A stretch of 64,000 bases of DNA from the human T2T-CHM13v2.0 reference genome, Homo sapiens, in the NCBI RefSeq assembly GCF_009914755.1, contig NC_060929.1. The stretch is one strand, 5' to 3'. Every line of letters begins with the position of its first letter. Position 1 is the first letter of the stretch. Of this stretch, positions 43,385 to 56,600 are shown in pieces. The position numbers and the translations under genes are program-made. The notes beneath the pieces were generated by a model. That model saw only the letters and a program-made list of their open reading frames with translations. It ran no database searches and was not told the DNA's origin.

Positions 43385-44019
43385 TATATCAAAATGTCAC
43401 GGAGAGATGGGTTATCACTTGATGGGCTTATATGTGTTTTCTACATTTTCCACAATTTCCAGAATAAATGTCCACAACTTCTTCAATTACTAAAAAAAAA
43501 AAAAAAAAGTGTCATTGTAAAAAAATATTATTTTAAAAAATAGCAACACTTTTTAAGTTTCCTTTTTTAAGGCTGTGTCTCTACACACAGCCAGTTTGTT
43601 GCCTGCCTTGCCAAGTTCATTGACAACCACAATCTCCAACCCATACAGGATCAAGATTCAGCTTGAGTCTGTGCATTGGAGAATCCTAGGAAACCTTGCT
43701 TTACTTTCTAGGGGCATGATCTGGGGCCTTGTGTTCATTTTGCTTCACCCACAGGGATCACATGCTGTGCCTACCCACTCCTGACCTCAACCACCCACTG
43801 CTTCAATTTCAACACATCAGGTTACAAATACAGGGTTCATCGATAAGGGGCTTATGTCCAAATGCAATGTCTCCCCAGGCCCAAGTCCAACGCAAACCAG
43901 CCAAAAGATTCCCTGGCTTCCTATTCTCCTTTCTACGCTCTGTTTCTGGTTTCCTCTCCACCTTCAGGTTTCATGTCGTTTTGTACCTAAGGCATGTCAG
44001 GAACTCTGGGGGCTGCCTT

Positions 44020-44600
44020 CACAAATATATTTCTCCTTGGATACCCACCACCGATAAAGTGAAGATTTGTATTCCCATCTTACTGAAGAGGAACCTGAGG
44101 TTCAGAGTAGTCAAATGACCAAGCAGAAATCACAGACCCGGTGGGGAATAAAAGGCCAGTCTCCCGCAAACCCAGCACCCTTCCTACTTCACCAACTTCA
44201 CTCATTTCCTTGTTTTCCTTGTTACTCTCCAGCTTCTCCCTCCTATCACCTTCCTTTCTTTACCCTTCATCTTCATCCTTCTAAGAAATATGTCTAAAAT
44301 CAGAAAAAATGAGCACTAATGAAAATAACTGTGCTAGGAGCTTTCGCACACAATATCTCAATACATAATTTCAGCTACTCAGTGTGGTAGGTGATATGTA
44401 TTCATTCCAATATTTATTGAACACTGATGGTGTGGCAGATATCATACCAGACACGCCAAGTGAAATAAGGAAAACAAACCCAATTCCTGTCCTCAAGGAG
44501 CTGTAGTCTAGGAAATATTCCTATTATTTGTTTTCAAAAAGAAATAAACTAAGACTTGGAGGAATTAATTAGTTTTTTAAATGCCATAGTTCAAACTCAA
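44020..44600 (-). mobile_element. Cluster of MIR fragments with an L2 3' end
   Basis: 'gaggaacctgaggttcagag'; 'ttcattccaatatttattgaacac...cctgtcctcaaggagct'. Confidence 0.6.
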
Positions 44601-45110
44601 AATCCTTTATCACACTGGATTTTAAGCTTTCTCATGGCACAGAATTCTGGAGGAGATTGGAAACAAAAATTGCTTCCTAAAATTCAGTCTCTGCCTTTAG
44701 CTCCCTAAACAAGAAAGAAGAGAAGGCGAGACAGAGACAGTGACAGAGACAGAAAAGCAGATCCTTGGCTACTCATCCTGCCGTATCTCAAGGCAATGAA
44801 TCACTGATGAATTCTTTCCTTGTCTATCTGGGAGAAAAAATGCTTTAAGGAGCCCCAAGTTTTCAGGCCAGGGTTTGTCCAGGTGGTGTGTAACCCACAG
44901 AATCAAAGGGATGAGGCTGTTGTTCCACACCTGCCTGCTTTCAGCTCTCTTTTGTTTTCAGATCTTATAGTTCTAGCTAAACAAAGAAGTTCTCCTTCTC
45001 ATCCTTGGTCTCCAGGCAGAGAAAATGTCAAGTTCATCAGCTGAAACGAAAACTCCCACTGTCCAGGCTAAGAGACCAGGGTCAGGGATGGGATCCCAAA
45101 CTTTGAGGTG

Positions 45111-45652
45111 GAAGATGGAGAAAGGGTGGGGGAGGAGGGGGGGAGGGAGGAGGAGGAAGGAGGAGAGGGAGGAGGAAGGAGGAGGAGGAAGAAGGAGGAA
45201 GAAGGAGGAGGAGGAAGGAGGAGGAGAGAAGGGGAGGAGGAGGAGGGAGGAGGAGGAGGAAGGAGGAGAGAAGAGGAGGAGGGAAGAGGAGGAGGAGGGA
45301 AGAGGAGGAGGAGGGAAGAGGAGGAGGAGGGAAGAGGAGGAGGAGGGAAGAGGAGGAGGAGGGAAGAGGAGGAGGAGGAGGGAAGAGGAGGAGAGAAGAG
45401 GAGGAAGAGGGAAGAAGAGGGAAGGGGAAGAGGAGGAGGAGGGAGGAAGAGGGAAGGGGAAGAGGAGGAGGGAGGAGGAGGAGGGAGGGAGGAGGAGGAG
45501 GGAGGGAGGAGGAGGAGGGAGGGAGGAGGAGGAGGGAGGGAGGAGGAAAGGTGGAGGAGGAGGAAGAGCAAAGGGAAGAGTGAAGAAGAAGAGGAGGAAG
45601 AGGAATGGCAAAGGGAAGAGAGAGAAGAGGGAGAAGGAAGAAGAGGAGGAGA
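45111..45652. repeat. GA-rich polypurine minisatellite/low-complexity tract
   Basis: Only A/G from 45128 to 45551; 16-bp unit gggaagaggaggagga x6 at 45281-45376. Confidence 0.97.
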
Positions 45653-45982
45653 TTATGCACGACACTTGTTAAAATTGGTAAGAAAGACTTTATTTAAGGG
45701 GGGCTACTGCAACGGGGGTTTGCATAGGGGAGAGAGATGGGCTCAACTCCAATATAAGGACAAGTGGACATGTATAGCTAAGGAGCAGGTAGGAGTCTGG
45801 TGGAAGGAAAATTACTAGGAGGAAACATCAAGGCTAGGGGGATACTAGCCAGACCCACTCAACAGGCTTCTTGCTAAAACTGGACTAACTAGGCCAAAGT
45901 CAGGGCCCAAAGTCAGGGCCTAGTCAAAAAGAGGCCTCAGAGGAGCCTGACTCAAGTTTGGCTAAGGAGAGCGTGTTTGTCG
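45653..45982 (-). mobile_element. MER31/MER67-like ERV1 LTR
   Basis: Reverse complement begins 'gacaaacacgctctccttagccaaacttgagtcaggctcctctgag' and ends 'aataaagtctttcttacc..ttttaacaagtgtc'. Confidence 0.75.
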
Positions 45983-45989
45983 GTGATAA

Positions 45990-46220
45990 TAAAAATAATA
46001 GCATTTAGCAGGTATTGAGCCTTTATGTGCCAAGCACTGTGCTAGGGACTTTTGCATAGATCTCATTTAACCCACAGTAAGGTAATCTGGGGAGGTGGGT
46101 ACTATGATCTCCTCCACGGCCAAGGCAAGGAGTCTGCGGCTGGGAGACATGATTTGACTTGCCCACATCCTGTGAGCAGGGGATTTGATCCCAGGGAGTC
46201 TGGTTCCAGAGCCTGCCGGC
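45990..46220 (-). mobile_element. MIR
   Basis: 'tatgtgccaagcactgtgcta...tctcatttaacccacag...ggatttgatcccagg'. Confidence 0.8.
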
Positions 46221-47469
46221 ACCAGCTGTGTTCTAGGGCCTCCGAGGTGAGAGCTATAAAGCACGTGGTAGATGCCTAGTAAATATGGGTCTCCTCCTTA
46301 ACACCTCTGAGGAAGCTGTTTTTTTTGCAAACCTGGCCTCTTCCCCAAACCATCAGCCACTCTACCATACAGCCAACTCTGTGGCCGGGGCTGACCTGAC
46401 TGACTGTTTAACTTCTATCCTGCATGCTGCAGTTACGTCCTCAGCTGGCTGCCTTTCTGCACTGTAGTGCTTTTCCTGCTATGCCTGGATACCCAGGCAA
46501 TTTAAAAGCATGTTGACCCTAAGAACCACTGCTCTGGAGAGCATTTGTGCTTGGCTTCTCTGAACAACCATTGATCATATTTCATGGTTTTAAAGAAAAA
46601 AGAAAAAAAAATGTAAAAAACCAGGTACCCTGGAGAAGCCAACAGGATAACCCCTGAGCTGTCACATGAGATAGGAACAAATGCACAGAGAGCACTGTGG
46701 CCGCCCCCGCCCCCCTTCCCCAGGGCTCCCCGCTCCAGCTCCAGGACTTGTTTATGGCCTGGGGGAACAGGGAAGGACAGGAGCCAACTCTGCACAATCA
46801 CGAAAGGCCTGGGTCAGGCCTGGCCCACCAGGTGCCTGCCACTTACAAGAAAACAATTTTCTCAGGTTGAACTCTGCCTCCCGCTCTGGGGCCCCCTGGA
46901 GGGGTGCAGTGCTTTTCTCTTTCATTAAACAAGGGTAGGGGGTACACAGCAGGGTGGGAAGGAGCCTGGGAAGGGGAGAGGAAGGAGGTTTCATGCAGTG
47001 CAGCCAGCGGGGCAGCTGGGCCTCTGCCTCCCAGCCTGGGCCAAATGGAACCAGAGAGACCCACAGGTTCATAATTCATCTTAATGAAGGGTCTCCGTAA
47101 ACCTGCCGTGCCCTGGGGTTTCAGCAGGAAACTCCTGGCCATTTTGCTGACAAGGGTCCCCAAATGTGCAGGTGCTAATGGGGCCCTTTCCTCCTGGGGT
47201 TTTTATGGCATGTTTTGGAGCAACCGGATGTTTTAGAGTCTTCTTCCCTCAGGGCCCCCGAGGAGAAGGGGATGCTAGGCTGCAGGGCTTGCTCTGAGAA
47301 GGTCCCAGAAGCCTCCAGAAGATCTTCCATTGAGCAGCACATGGTCCTCTTAAGCAGACAGCTAGAGGAAGGCATGAGTCCCGGCAGCAATTCACAATGG
47401 CAGTAGGAGGTTGGACAGAGCAAATTATATTCAAAGCAGGGAATAACCCCCGAATGTATTTAAAAAATT

Positions 47470-47680
47470 TATCCCAGGCCAGACCCTGTGCTTTGCTCTT
47501 ACATACACCGTCTCACTTACTCTTCACAGCAACACTGAGACGGTATTAGCAGCCCAGTTCTTCATTTGAGAAGACCAAAGCACAGAGGGGCTAAGTGATT
47601 TGCCCGGGCCCACACAGCTGGGTTGTTGCTGAGCCAGCATTTGAAACCAGGTCAGCCTGACTCCAGACCCCCCCACAGCA
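47470..47680 (-). mobile_element. MIR
   Basis: 'aagcacagaggggctaagtgatttgcccgggcccacacagctgg...ctgactccaga'. Confidence 0.8.
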
Positions 47681-49849
47681 TAACATTTAGCGACATTGTG
47701 CCTATTCGTTATCCCATTTAACACAAACAATTCTGAGATCCTTATTATTAGCACATTCTGCAGATAAGGAAAACAACTCGGAGAGGTGTAGGGACATGCA
47801 GTAAGTGTCCTTAGCAGGGACTCCACAGGCCGTAGACATGCCAGCAATACAATCCTCGAGTAGAAGCCATGTGGAAGCCACGCCAAACAAACCCCTGCTT
47901 TCTATGCCAAGTCTAAAGCCTTCAACTTTTTCTATTTTCCCACCAATGCAACTCACAGACATTGAAGACACACGGCTCATATATTATGCTTTGATTGTGT
48001 TTTTTAACCTACAGAGTTTCCTGTTTAAGTTGCTGGCCAAAGGCCCAGTTACGATTATGTTGGAGTAATTTTTTAAAATATGCCTTACTTACTTTCAGAA
48101 GAGTAATGAGATAGCTTCTTTAAAAAATAACACACAAAGCCACCTCCACCAACTAAATTGTAAACTCCTCAAGGGTTGGATGTTTGTCTATTTACTCTCT
48201 GATTCCTATTCTTCCCACCCCAATGCCTGGATTTTGAAAAGTACCTGTCTCTATGTGTGTGTGTGTCTCTCTCTTTCTCTACCTACCTACCTGAATCCTG
48301 TGGTAGAATTGTAGGAATGACCGCATCAGAACCAAAAGATTAAGAGTTATCACAACTTGCCATTTAATTGGTTCAGCACATCCTGGCAACCATGAAGAGT
48401 AGAAAAACAGTAGATGAAGATGTGATGTTGTTTAATACTTCTCTTTTGTAAGAGCCATTGTTTATCTTTCGACCTTACATGATTGGTACCTTACATCAGC
48501 AACTGTATGCAACTTCATACCCCTTTCGGCTAAATTTATCTCTGCTCCTTCTCTGCCTCAATAACACCACTCACACATTGACAAATGTCTTCTCAGCAGT
48601 TCAATACAGGGCAAATCCACAATTTGAACTTATGCATCTTTCTTAGAGCTCCAAAGCAAATAAAGTGATCACAGAATCTGAAACACTGATCTTTATTAAA
48701 TCTCTACCATATGTAACATATGTTATTCAAAATAAGAATTTGGTCTTAGTTGCTGGTGAGAAGAAACATCATTACTCAACACAGTTTCGGAACTAACTGG
48801 TCACTCAGAAGCGGAATGGATCACACAAAGGTCTCAAACCAAACTAATTTCATTGTTGACTCTATTTGTATTTGCACTGACAGGTATTTGCATTTACCTG
48901 TCAAATACATTTGGAAATCTGGATACATGTGCGAATATACACACATGGGCAGAAGGATATCTACTTATTCCCTCAAGAGAGTCATACAAAAAGACTCTAG
49001 GTTAACTGAGACCTTAAAGCTTTACTGGTCTAACATCTCTCCTCCCACTTCAAAGCACACACACCTGAAAGTGAAATGGGGCGTTAGGGGGTGGGGGCAG
49101 AAGAGATCAACACCAATCCAGGCTTAGCACTTCTTGCAACAGGTGAATGGTGTTGAGGGCTATCAGCACGCCTTAAACTTACAGTCCCAAACTGATGAGA
49201 TTGAGGTTGCACATTGGCAAACAGGAAATTGTCCCTGTGATCTCCTGCTCTTCAAAGGGGAGCCTCTCCAGCATGTGTGTTTGTCAGTTCAGAGTTTAAT
49301 TAGCCATCTATATGCACTCAATCTGGGCTCAGCGGGGAAGACCAAACACGGTCAGGGCTGCAGTCAGCCATCACAGGCCTCTGGGCAGCACACAGCACGG
49401 CTCACAGCTGTCCACCAAGGAGCTGGCATGCCAGCACCCTCTAGGATTGCTCCTTCCTCTTCCCAATTCTCAGCACCCCAGGGGGTGACCTGGAACTCTT
49501 CCTGTTTGTCTGGCAATTAAAGAGGAAGCGCTCACTAGGGCCTACTTAGAATACCCACCTGGAGCAAATTGTCCCTCGTGGTTAGCTCTGCTTGCCTTTC
49601 TTAGTAAACCTGCTCTCTCACAAGCCCTGTACCTCACTTTCTCTGCCTGTTACTCCCTTCGCTTGGAGGGCAGTCTCCACCTTACCAGTGACCAGGATCA
49701 TGCTTAGCATTTGTTCTTTTCCAAAAGTGTGCTTGTTTGAGTGTAAGAATCAAAAGATTTCTGGAATCCTCAACTCTTGTTTCAGTTTGGCCGAGAGCGG
49801 GATATTAGAGACTCCTAGACAATACAGTACCAGAGTCTGCAGCCTTCTA

Positions 49850-50665
49850 GCCTAGGCTCCCTCACACACACCTCTGTTGGTTGACTCCAACAGTATTTAA
49901 GAGAAAAAAAAGATTGAAGCCATGGCTTACATTCCAAAATAGGGAAATAGGGATGTTTCTTTTTCTTTTCTTTTTTTTTTTTTTGAGACAGTTTCGCTCT
50001 TGTTGCCCAGTCTGGGATGCAATGGCGCGATCGTGATCTCAGCTCACTGCAACCTCTGACTCCCAGGTACAAGTGATTCTCCTGTCTCAACCTCCCAAGT
50101 AGCTTGGATTACAGGCATGCGCCACCATGCCCAGATTTTTTTTTTTTTTTTTTTTTTGTTTCTGGTATTTAGTAGAGACGGGGTTTCACCATGTTAGGCT
50201 GGTTGGAAACTCCTGACCTCAGGTGATCCATCTGCCTCGGCCTCCCAAAGTGCTGGGATTACAGGCGTGTGCCACCGTGCCCAGCCTCAAAATTGGGATA
50301 TTTTACACACATGAAATCAAATGTTCAGTTTCTTTTGAAAAACAAAACCAAAAACCAGAAGCTGCAGCAACACTGGGTCCATACCCCTGGGTGACAAACT
50401 TGGTCCTGAGCAGAGCAGAGTTCCCCTCTTTCAGGGGCCAGGGCCATTGCATGCTGTTGGATAGGTTGTACCTGCTGAGGGGGCCCAGAGGGGCGCAAAT
50501 CAAAGCTGGGCCAAGTTGGCTTCCACTGGGAGGAAGGGGCCCCTTTTCCTAATCCACACAAAGGCTCCCATGGGCCAGGGGAGCCCAGTTCCCTCCACTC
50601 ACCACCTGACCAACCTCACCCATTCATGTTACCCGTGTCTCCCAGCAGGAGTGTCTAATCCCTGC
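49850..50665. mobile_element. MER102-like MITE with nested Alu and a probable MER91-like fragment (~50455-50580)
   Basis: 'cagtttcttttgaaa...gcagcaacactgggtcc' and 'cattcatgttacc'; inner 'ggggccccttttcctaatccacacaaaggc'. Confidence 0.55.
49956..50286 (-). mobile_element. AluS (Sq/Sp-like) with expanded T22 middle linker
   Basis: 'gagacagtttcgctcttgttgccc'; T22 at 50136-50157; 'ctcctgacctcaggtgatcc'. Confidence 0.95.
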
Positions 50666-52249
50666 TATCAACAACAACAACCTACAGCTATAAACGTTTT
50701 ACAAGTTTAACAGCAGCAACACGTGGAGGAGATTTCTACCCACACCTTGGAGAAAATTCCTACTGGGTTACCAACCACATCCAATTCTCTATAGACTCCA
50801 GGTTTCTTTCTTTCTTAAATTCAGCCCTCCAACTTCTACTGGGGTTTACTTGCTTCCTGGGCTCCTGGAAAAACACAAAATCTGACTCTCAGAGCCAGAG
50901 CAGGTCGGCTGGAAACACATGTGGCTTATTACACTGCTGAGTTATAAAGAATGAGAACGGCTGGTCCAATTTCTTTGTGGAGCAGCCTGTTGTCTCTGAG
51001 GCTGTCAGCAACCTGGGGTTTCTGCTTTTATGACATCTTCTGACCCAGTGAGCAGACCTGGGCAATAAAATGCAAATCATTCCAGCAGTCAATTAATCCC
51101 ACTGAAATCGCTTCAACTAACACAGCAGCAAAGGGGCGTGGGAGGGGTTTTTTCTTTGGTCTTGCTCTACTCAGAGATAAACTGCAAAACTTAAGGGACT
51201 TTTAATTGTCCAGATCCACCCCAATTCCCCAAATCCAGGCCACATGCATGGCTGTTTAAGCCTTGATGAAAATTAATGAAATGGAAATAAGAAGGAGGTT
51301 ACCGCTGTGAATCAGAACTGTTTGGTGTCAATACCCAAACCCAACACAGCCTGCCCCAGCTCAGCAAGACAAATCGTCGTCTTAAAGGGACCAGCCAGAG
51401 ACATGCAATGCCTACGCTCTGTCATCGCTCTCATTTCTGGAGTAATGAAAGGTCCATGAGTTCGTGAAAATTCCTTCTGTGATATTCACAGCTGGGTGGA
51501 TCTCGTGCAAACCACAGGCAGAAATGACATGGGTGTTGCTAGGCAGCCCCATCTTGCCACCTTTCAAAGCTGGTCCAACGTTGGTGTCTTTGACCTCCAT
51601 CTGACTCAGCCACAGAGCACCAGCCTGCAGCGGCAAGAGTCAGCAGCACCCTTTACTCCATGAGGGCTCCCCAAATCACTTTTCAGAGGCCCTCATTTTC
51701 CCTACAGCTAGCCTCCTCAGCAGAAATGGCAACCCTCCCCTAAAGCCAACGGCCTTTCCTCACAGCCCCAACGTGTCCTTCAGAAGCTCTCGTGGCCCCT
51801 GTGAGAACAGTCAAGGCCAAGGGGCACAAATACCTCTTTTTGTTTTTTAAGAGCGTAGAGGGTTACATAGGCTAACCACCCCATTTTACATATGAACAAA
51901 ATATAAATGACTTGCAAGATGGCAAGCAGCAAGGATCAGAACCCAGGAACTGGCAACCACTACTGTAAGTTCTGAAAGTGTGTTGGTGAATCCATTGTTT
52001 GGATCTCAGAATGATTTCTCTTTAAAGCTTTTGACAAGTGTTGGCCAGACTCCCAGCCCACAGGTATCTAACTAGTTAATGCATGTGTTCTGGAAATATA
52101 ACACCAATGAGATTCCTTTATCTGTTTCTAATTGGTGGTTGAACAGTTCGGCCTGAAAATTCATTTGTAAAAAGTACACATGAACTATATACGGCTTGAC
52201 TAAAAATAAAAGAAATGCACATTAGAACCATTCAGAGATAGTATTTTTT

Positions 52250-52518
52250 TCCTTGACTTCACTACAGCAAAGATGAAATTTTGAAAATCAAACTGATGTC
52301 AATATTAGCATGGATTCAGTCAAGCTGGACCTCTTAACTCCTGCTGGTGATTATGAAAATTTGTGCAAACTTTCTGAAAGCAGTTTGGTAACGTGGGTCA
52401 AGAGTCTTAAGAATGCCCTTGACCTTTGACCCTTAATTCATCTCCGGGAAATCTATCCTAAGCAGAAATGTGGACAAAGGTTTAGGCCCAAATGTTCATT
52501 TCAGCACTACTGGTATAA
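52250..52518 (+). mobile_element. L1ME fragment (left part)
   Basis: 'ctgctggtga...aactttctgaaagcagtttgg...ctttgaccc...aatctatcctaag...aatgttcatttcagcac'. Confidence 0.7.
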
Positions 52519-53199
52519 TTAACTTGGCCTTGACTGCCTTCTAACAGGGGGACATCCAAAGGAGAAGTCTTTGTTGGGCAGGATGATGGTGTGAGAATGC
52601 AAGTTTGGAGAAGCTAAGAAGTGAGAAACTGCTGAGCATAAAAGGAAAGGGCTGAAGATTAGTGCTATGCAAAGTGCCGTCCAAAAACTAGAGTCTATCT
52701 TGCAACTACTTACTAGCCAGCAATAAGAGTCAGCAATACAGCAACTGAGTAAATATTTAGCAGCTTGACATCTTGCACCCTCCCGGCATGCTATTTTGTG
52801 TTTCACAACAAAGCAAAGCAAAACAAAACAACAAAACAACTTAGCTTCTTCCCCCGGATATTCTGCAAAGCACTAACTGCTAGGGAGGCATCCTGCAGGG
52901 GGTGGCTGTGGCAGGGGAGGAGAAAACAGAGTCCAGAAGGTGGTGAGAGGGGTAGAGGACAGAAGTGTCTAGTGGAGATTTTCAACTATATTTTGCTGTG
53001 AGGTTGGTAATGCTGCCATCTCCCAGGTAGGCCCAGGGCATTTGTAGGCAAATCTCTATTGTCTGCTGTTGATTTCTGGAGCTGGGCTCACTTTGTAGGG
53101 ATGTGAGGCAGTGCTTTCTCCTGTTGCTTCAAGAGAAAAGTGAGGTCAGGACTAAGAATGCACCCCTGGCCTCTGCACATTTGGGGAGCTTTTATTTCA

Positions 53200-53560
53200 G
53201 TGTACAATTAGGAACAACCTATGTGCCTAACATGAGGGGAATAGTTAGCTAAGGCATGCTGCAGCCACCCAGTGGAATATTATATGATCATCTAAATATT
53301 CTCAAAAAGCTTTTAATAATATGGCACAATGATCTCAGTATGTTTTTTGTTAAATGAAAACCCAGAAAACCAGCAAAGGTTTTTGTAGTACAGTTACAAC
53401 CAATAAAGAAAAAACATTGCATATCAAAAATTAAAAGGAAATAGGCCAAAATGCCAGTAGTGACTGATGACATCCTAAGTGATTTTTTCCTTTCTTTATA
53501 CTTTCTGTATTTTTTATAATTTTCACAGGGAGGAATGTATACCTTTGATAATCAAAAATA
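53200..53560 (+). mobile_element. L1ME fragment (right part)
   Basis: 'ggaacaacctatgtgcc...gtggaatattata...gccaaaatg...ttttcctttctttatactttctgtattt'. Confidence 0.7.
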
Positions 53561-54319
53561 AGTGTTAGTGAAAGGAAAACAAATTGCTCTGTAGACCAAC
53601 ATATTGAGTTCTAACTTGGCATCCCCCTACTTTCCTCCGTTCTCTTTATCCTCCTACCACCCTTTTTCTCTGGGCCACCTATAGGCCAGGACTTTCCTTA
53701 CTTCGAGAAATAGGCAGGAGGGCAGAGGTGCCCCTAGCTGCCAACATCTTACAATTCTCTGCATGGTAGCCATTCCCTACCGCTGTTTTCTTGGCCAATT
53801 ACTCTCCAGATTCTCTAAAGTAGGAAACAAAGGACAGTTGCTTTCAAGAAGGAAGGGACTGAGCAACTCTATCTCCTGCAGTGTGTCGGCTGGCCGTATG
53901 GCTTGTGTTCATAAATAAGCCTGTCCTCCCTCCTAAGTTGGTCTCATCTTAGCCAGGTGGTTCACGGTGTTTCAGAAGACACAGCACGTATTACAAAGGG
54001 TCCATCATCCAGGAGTTTGCAAAATGCTGAGATCCGTACTGCCTCCTACTCCCCTGTCAAAGTTCTTTTTCTTCGATTTTTTTTTTTTTTTTTGCCACAA
54101 CAACAGCGACAATAACAATGACAACAAAAACAATTGGCATAAGAATAGCAAACCCAAAGAGAATCACAGCATAAAACCCTTTCCATAGCAACGGCATTTC
54201 TGAGCCAGGGATTTACAACTAGTCCAGGAGTGAGCAAGACTGGTCAGAGGAATGCAGTATGGAGAGACTGATAATTACACCAAAACCATGAGCTGGGGCA
54301 AGGGTCTTTCCGAGAATCA

Positions 54320-54833
<514 letters not shown>

Positions 54834-55609
54834 CTAATAAAGAAATGTAGGACCCCTTCCCAACCAGAGGCAGAACCTGCTTCATCCTTCATGCTTGTCA
54901 TCCACCACTGTGTGTAAGGACCTCTTTGGGAGGTGGAGAGTGACAGGTCTCTTTGTGCTGGAAACTTCTAGAAACCTCTTCCTGAGAGTGTCTAAAGCCT
55001 GAGGTTCTCTTGCATGGCTTCTACTTCACCACGTGCTACTTCATTTCTTGAAAAGAAAACCGGCTGCTCAAACTCCAAGGCAGGGTTAGCAGGGGTGCTG
55101 TCTGTCCCTGTTCTCCTGTGGACAAGCTAAGGCCTGTCTTAGGTAGCTATTAGCCTAGAATACATTCCCTTCTGCTCCAAGCAAACAATACCATTTGACT
55201 CCTTTTCCCAAACCCAAATCCCGTGCACTCTCTGCCTACACTCTGTGCCCCTAGTGGTGAATCCTTCACTCTGGCTGTGGGTTCACCAGTCACACTGACC
55301 TTTCAGACCCTGGAGAGCTCTGTACCTGTCAGATCTCAGCAAACTTCTCCTCCTCAGGGAGCCCTAAGGACCCTCCATCCTGGACTGGAAGTCCCATCAC
55401 TGTACTTCTCTACAACTATTGCATTTCCCCTTCACACACTTGCCAGTGTTTGTAACCATAGATTTACTTGAGTGATAAGTTGCTTAGTGTATTTTCCACT
55501 TGGCCTAGGGTTCCAGAGGTAGGGGCTGTGTGTGTGGCTGACCACTATAACTCATGGCACGATGATCCTTCCTACCCTAGGCTACATCCTTGAATCTCAG
55601 CTTGGACTT

Positions 55610-56120
55610 GGTATCATTCAGAGTCCTACCAAGAGAATCAAAACCACTTCAGGTATTTCCTACAGAAAGAATTTAATGCAGGTGACTTGTGTATGCAGGT
55701 GACAAGAGAACTGAGAGCCCAACCCAGAATGCTGAGACATCCCATAGATAAGCAACAGCAGGGAGCTGTTCCCACCTGTACGCTAGAGGGATAAAGGGAA
55801 CGGGTGATGTTACAGAGCCCAGGGGCCTGTCTGGCAGGAGATGAAAATACCAAGGTGACACAGCCATTTCCAGAGAGGCTGTCAAACCAAAGAAGAGGGT
55901 GAAGGGGAGGAGGGAGGAAAAGAGAGCAGAGAAGGAGGAGAAATAATAGTAATAATAATGATACTCTGCTTCTCCCTCCCAGTGCCTCCACCACCAGTCT
56001 CTCATGAATGACTCTCCTTGTCAGGGCCCAGATGGAAGCCAGCTGACATGCAAGCCTGGGAACTGCAGCCTGCAGAGATCAACAACCCCACGGAGTCACA
56101 GAGCAGAGCAGGTGAAGGAA
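55610..56120 (-). mobile_element. Old MaLR/ERVL LTR (MLT1K/L-like)
   Basis: 'gagaatcaaaaccacttcaggtatt...gaatttaatgcagg...gaatgactctccttg'. Confidence 0.5.
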
Positions 56121-56213
56121 GAAGAATGGGTTTGAGGCAAACAGGGCCAGGATCGGCAGGCCTTGTCCTCCAGGAAGCCTTTCCCACCCCACCTCAGGCT
56201 GGAATAGGGGCCT

Positions 56214-56600
56214 TCGTAGGCTGAATGATGGCCTCCCAAAAATGTTCACTTCTTAATCCCTCAACCCTCTGAATATTACCTTATATGACAAAAGATGTGA
56301 CTAAGACGTGTTAAGGATCTTGAAAAGAGAGACTGAAGCTGGGTTTTCTGGATGGGCTTCATAGACAGACACACAGAAGAAAAGGCAATGTGAAGACAAG
56401 ACAGAGGCCGGATGGAGGTGATGCCACCACAAGCCAAGGAATGCTGGCAGCTGCTAGAAGCTGGAGGAGACGGGGAACAAATTCTCTGCTAGAGCCTCCA
56501 GAGGAAAGACAGCCCTGTTCACATCTTGATTTCAGAAGTCTGGCCTCCAGAACTGCGAAAGAATACGTGACTGTTATCTTAAGCTACAAGTCTGTGTATT
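56214..56600 (+). mobile_element. MLT1D-like MaLR LTR
   Basis: 'gtaggctgaatgatggcctcccaaaaatgttcac...aagccaaggaatgc...ctagagcctccaga...gcctccagaactg'. Confidence 0.85.

Noticed and set aside
44973-45818. Longest ORFs (167-236 aa; E/G/R-rich or P/S/L-rich)
   Set aside because: Artefacts of the stop-free GA repeat, open in several frames on both strands.
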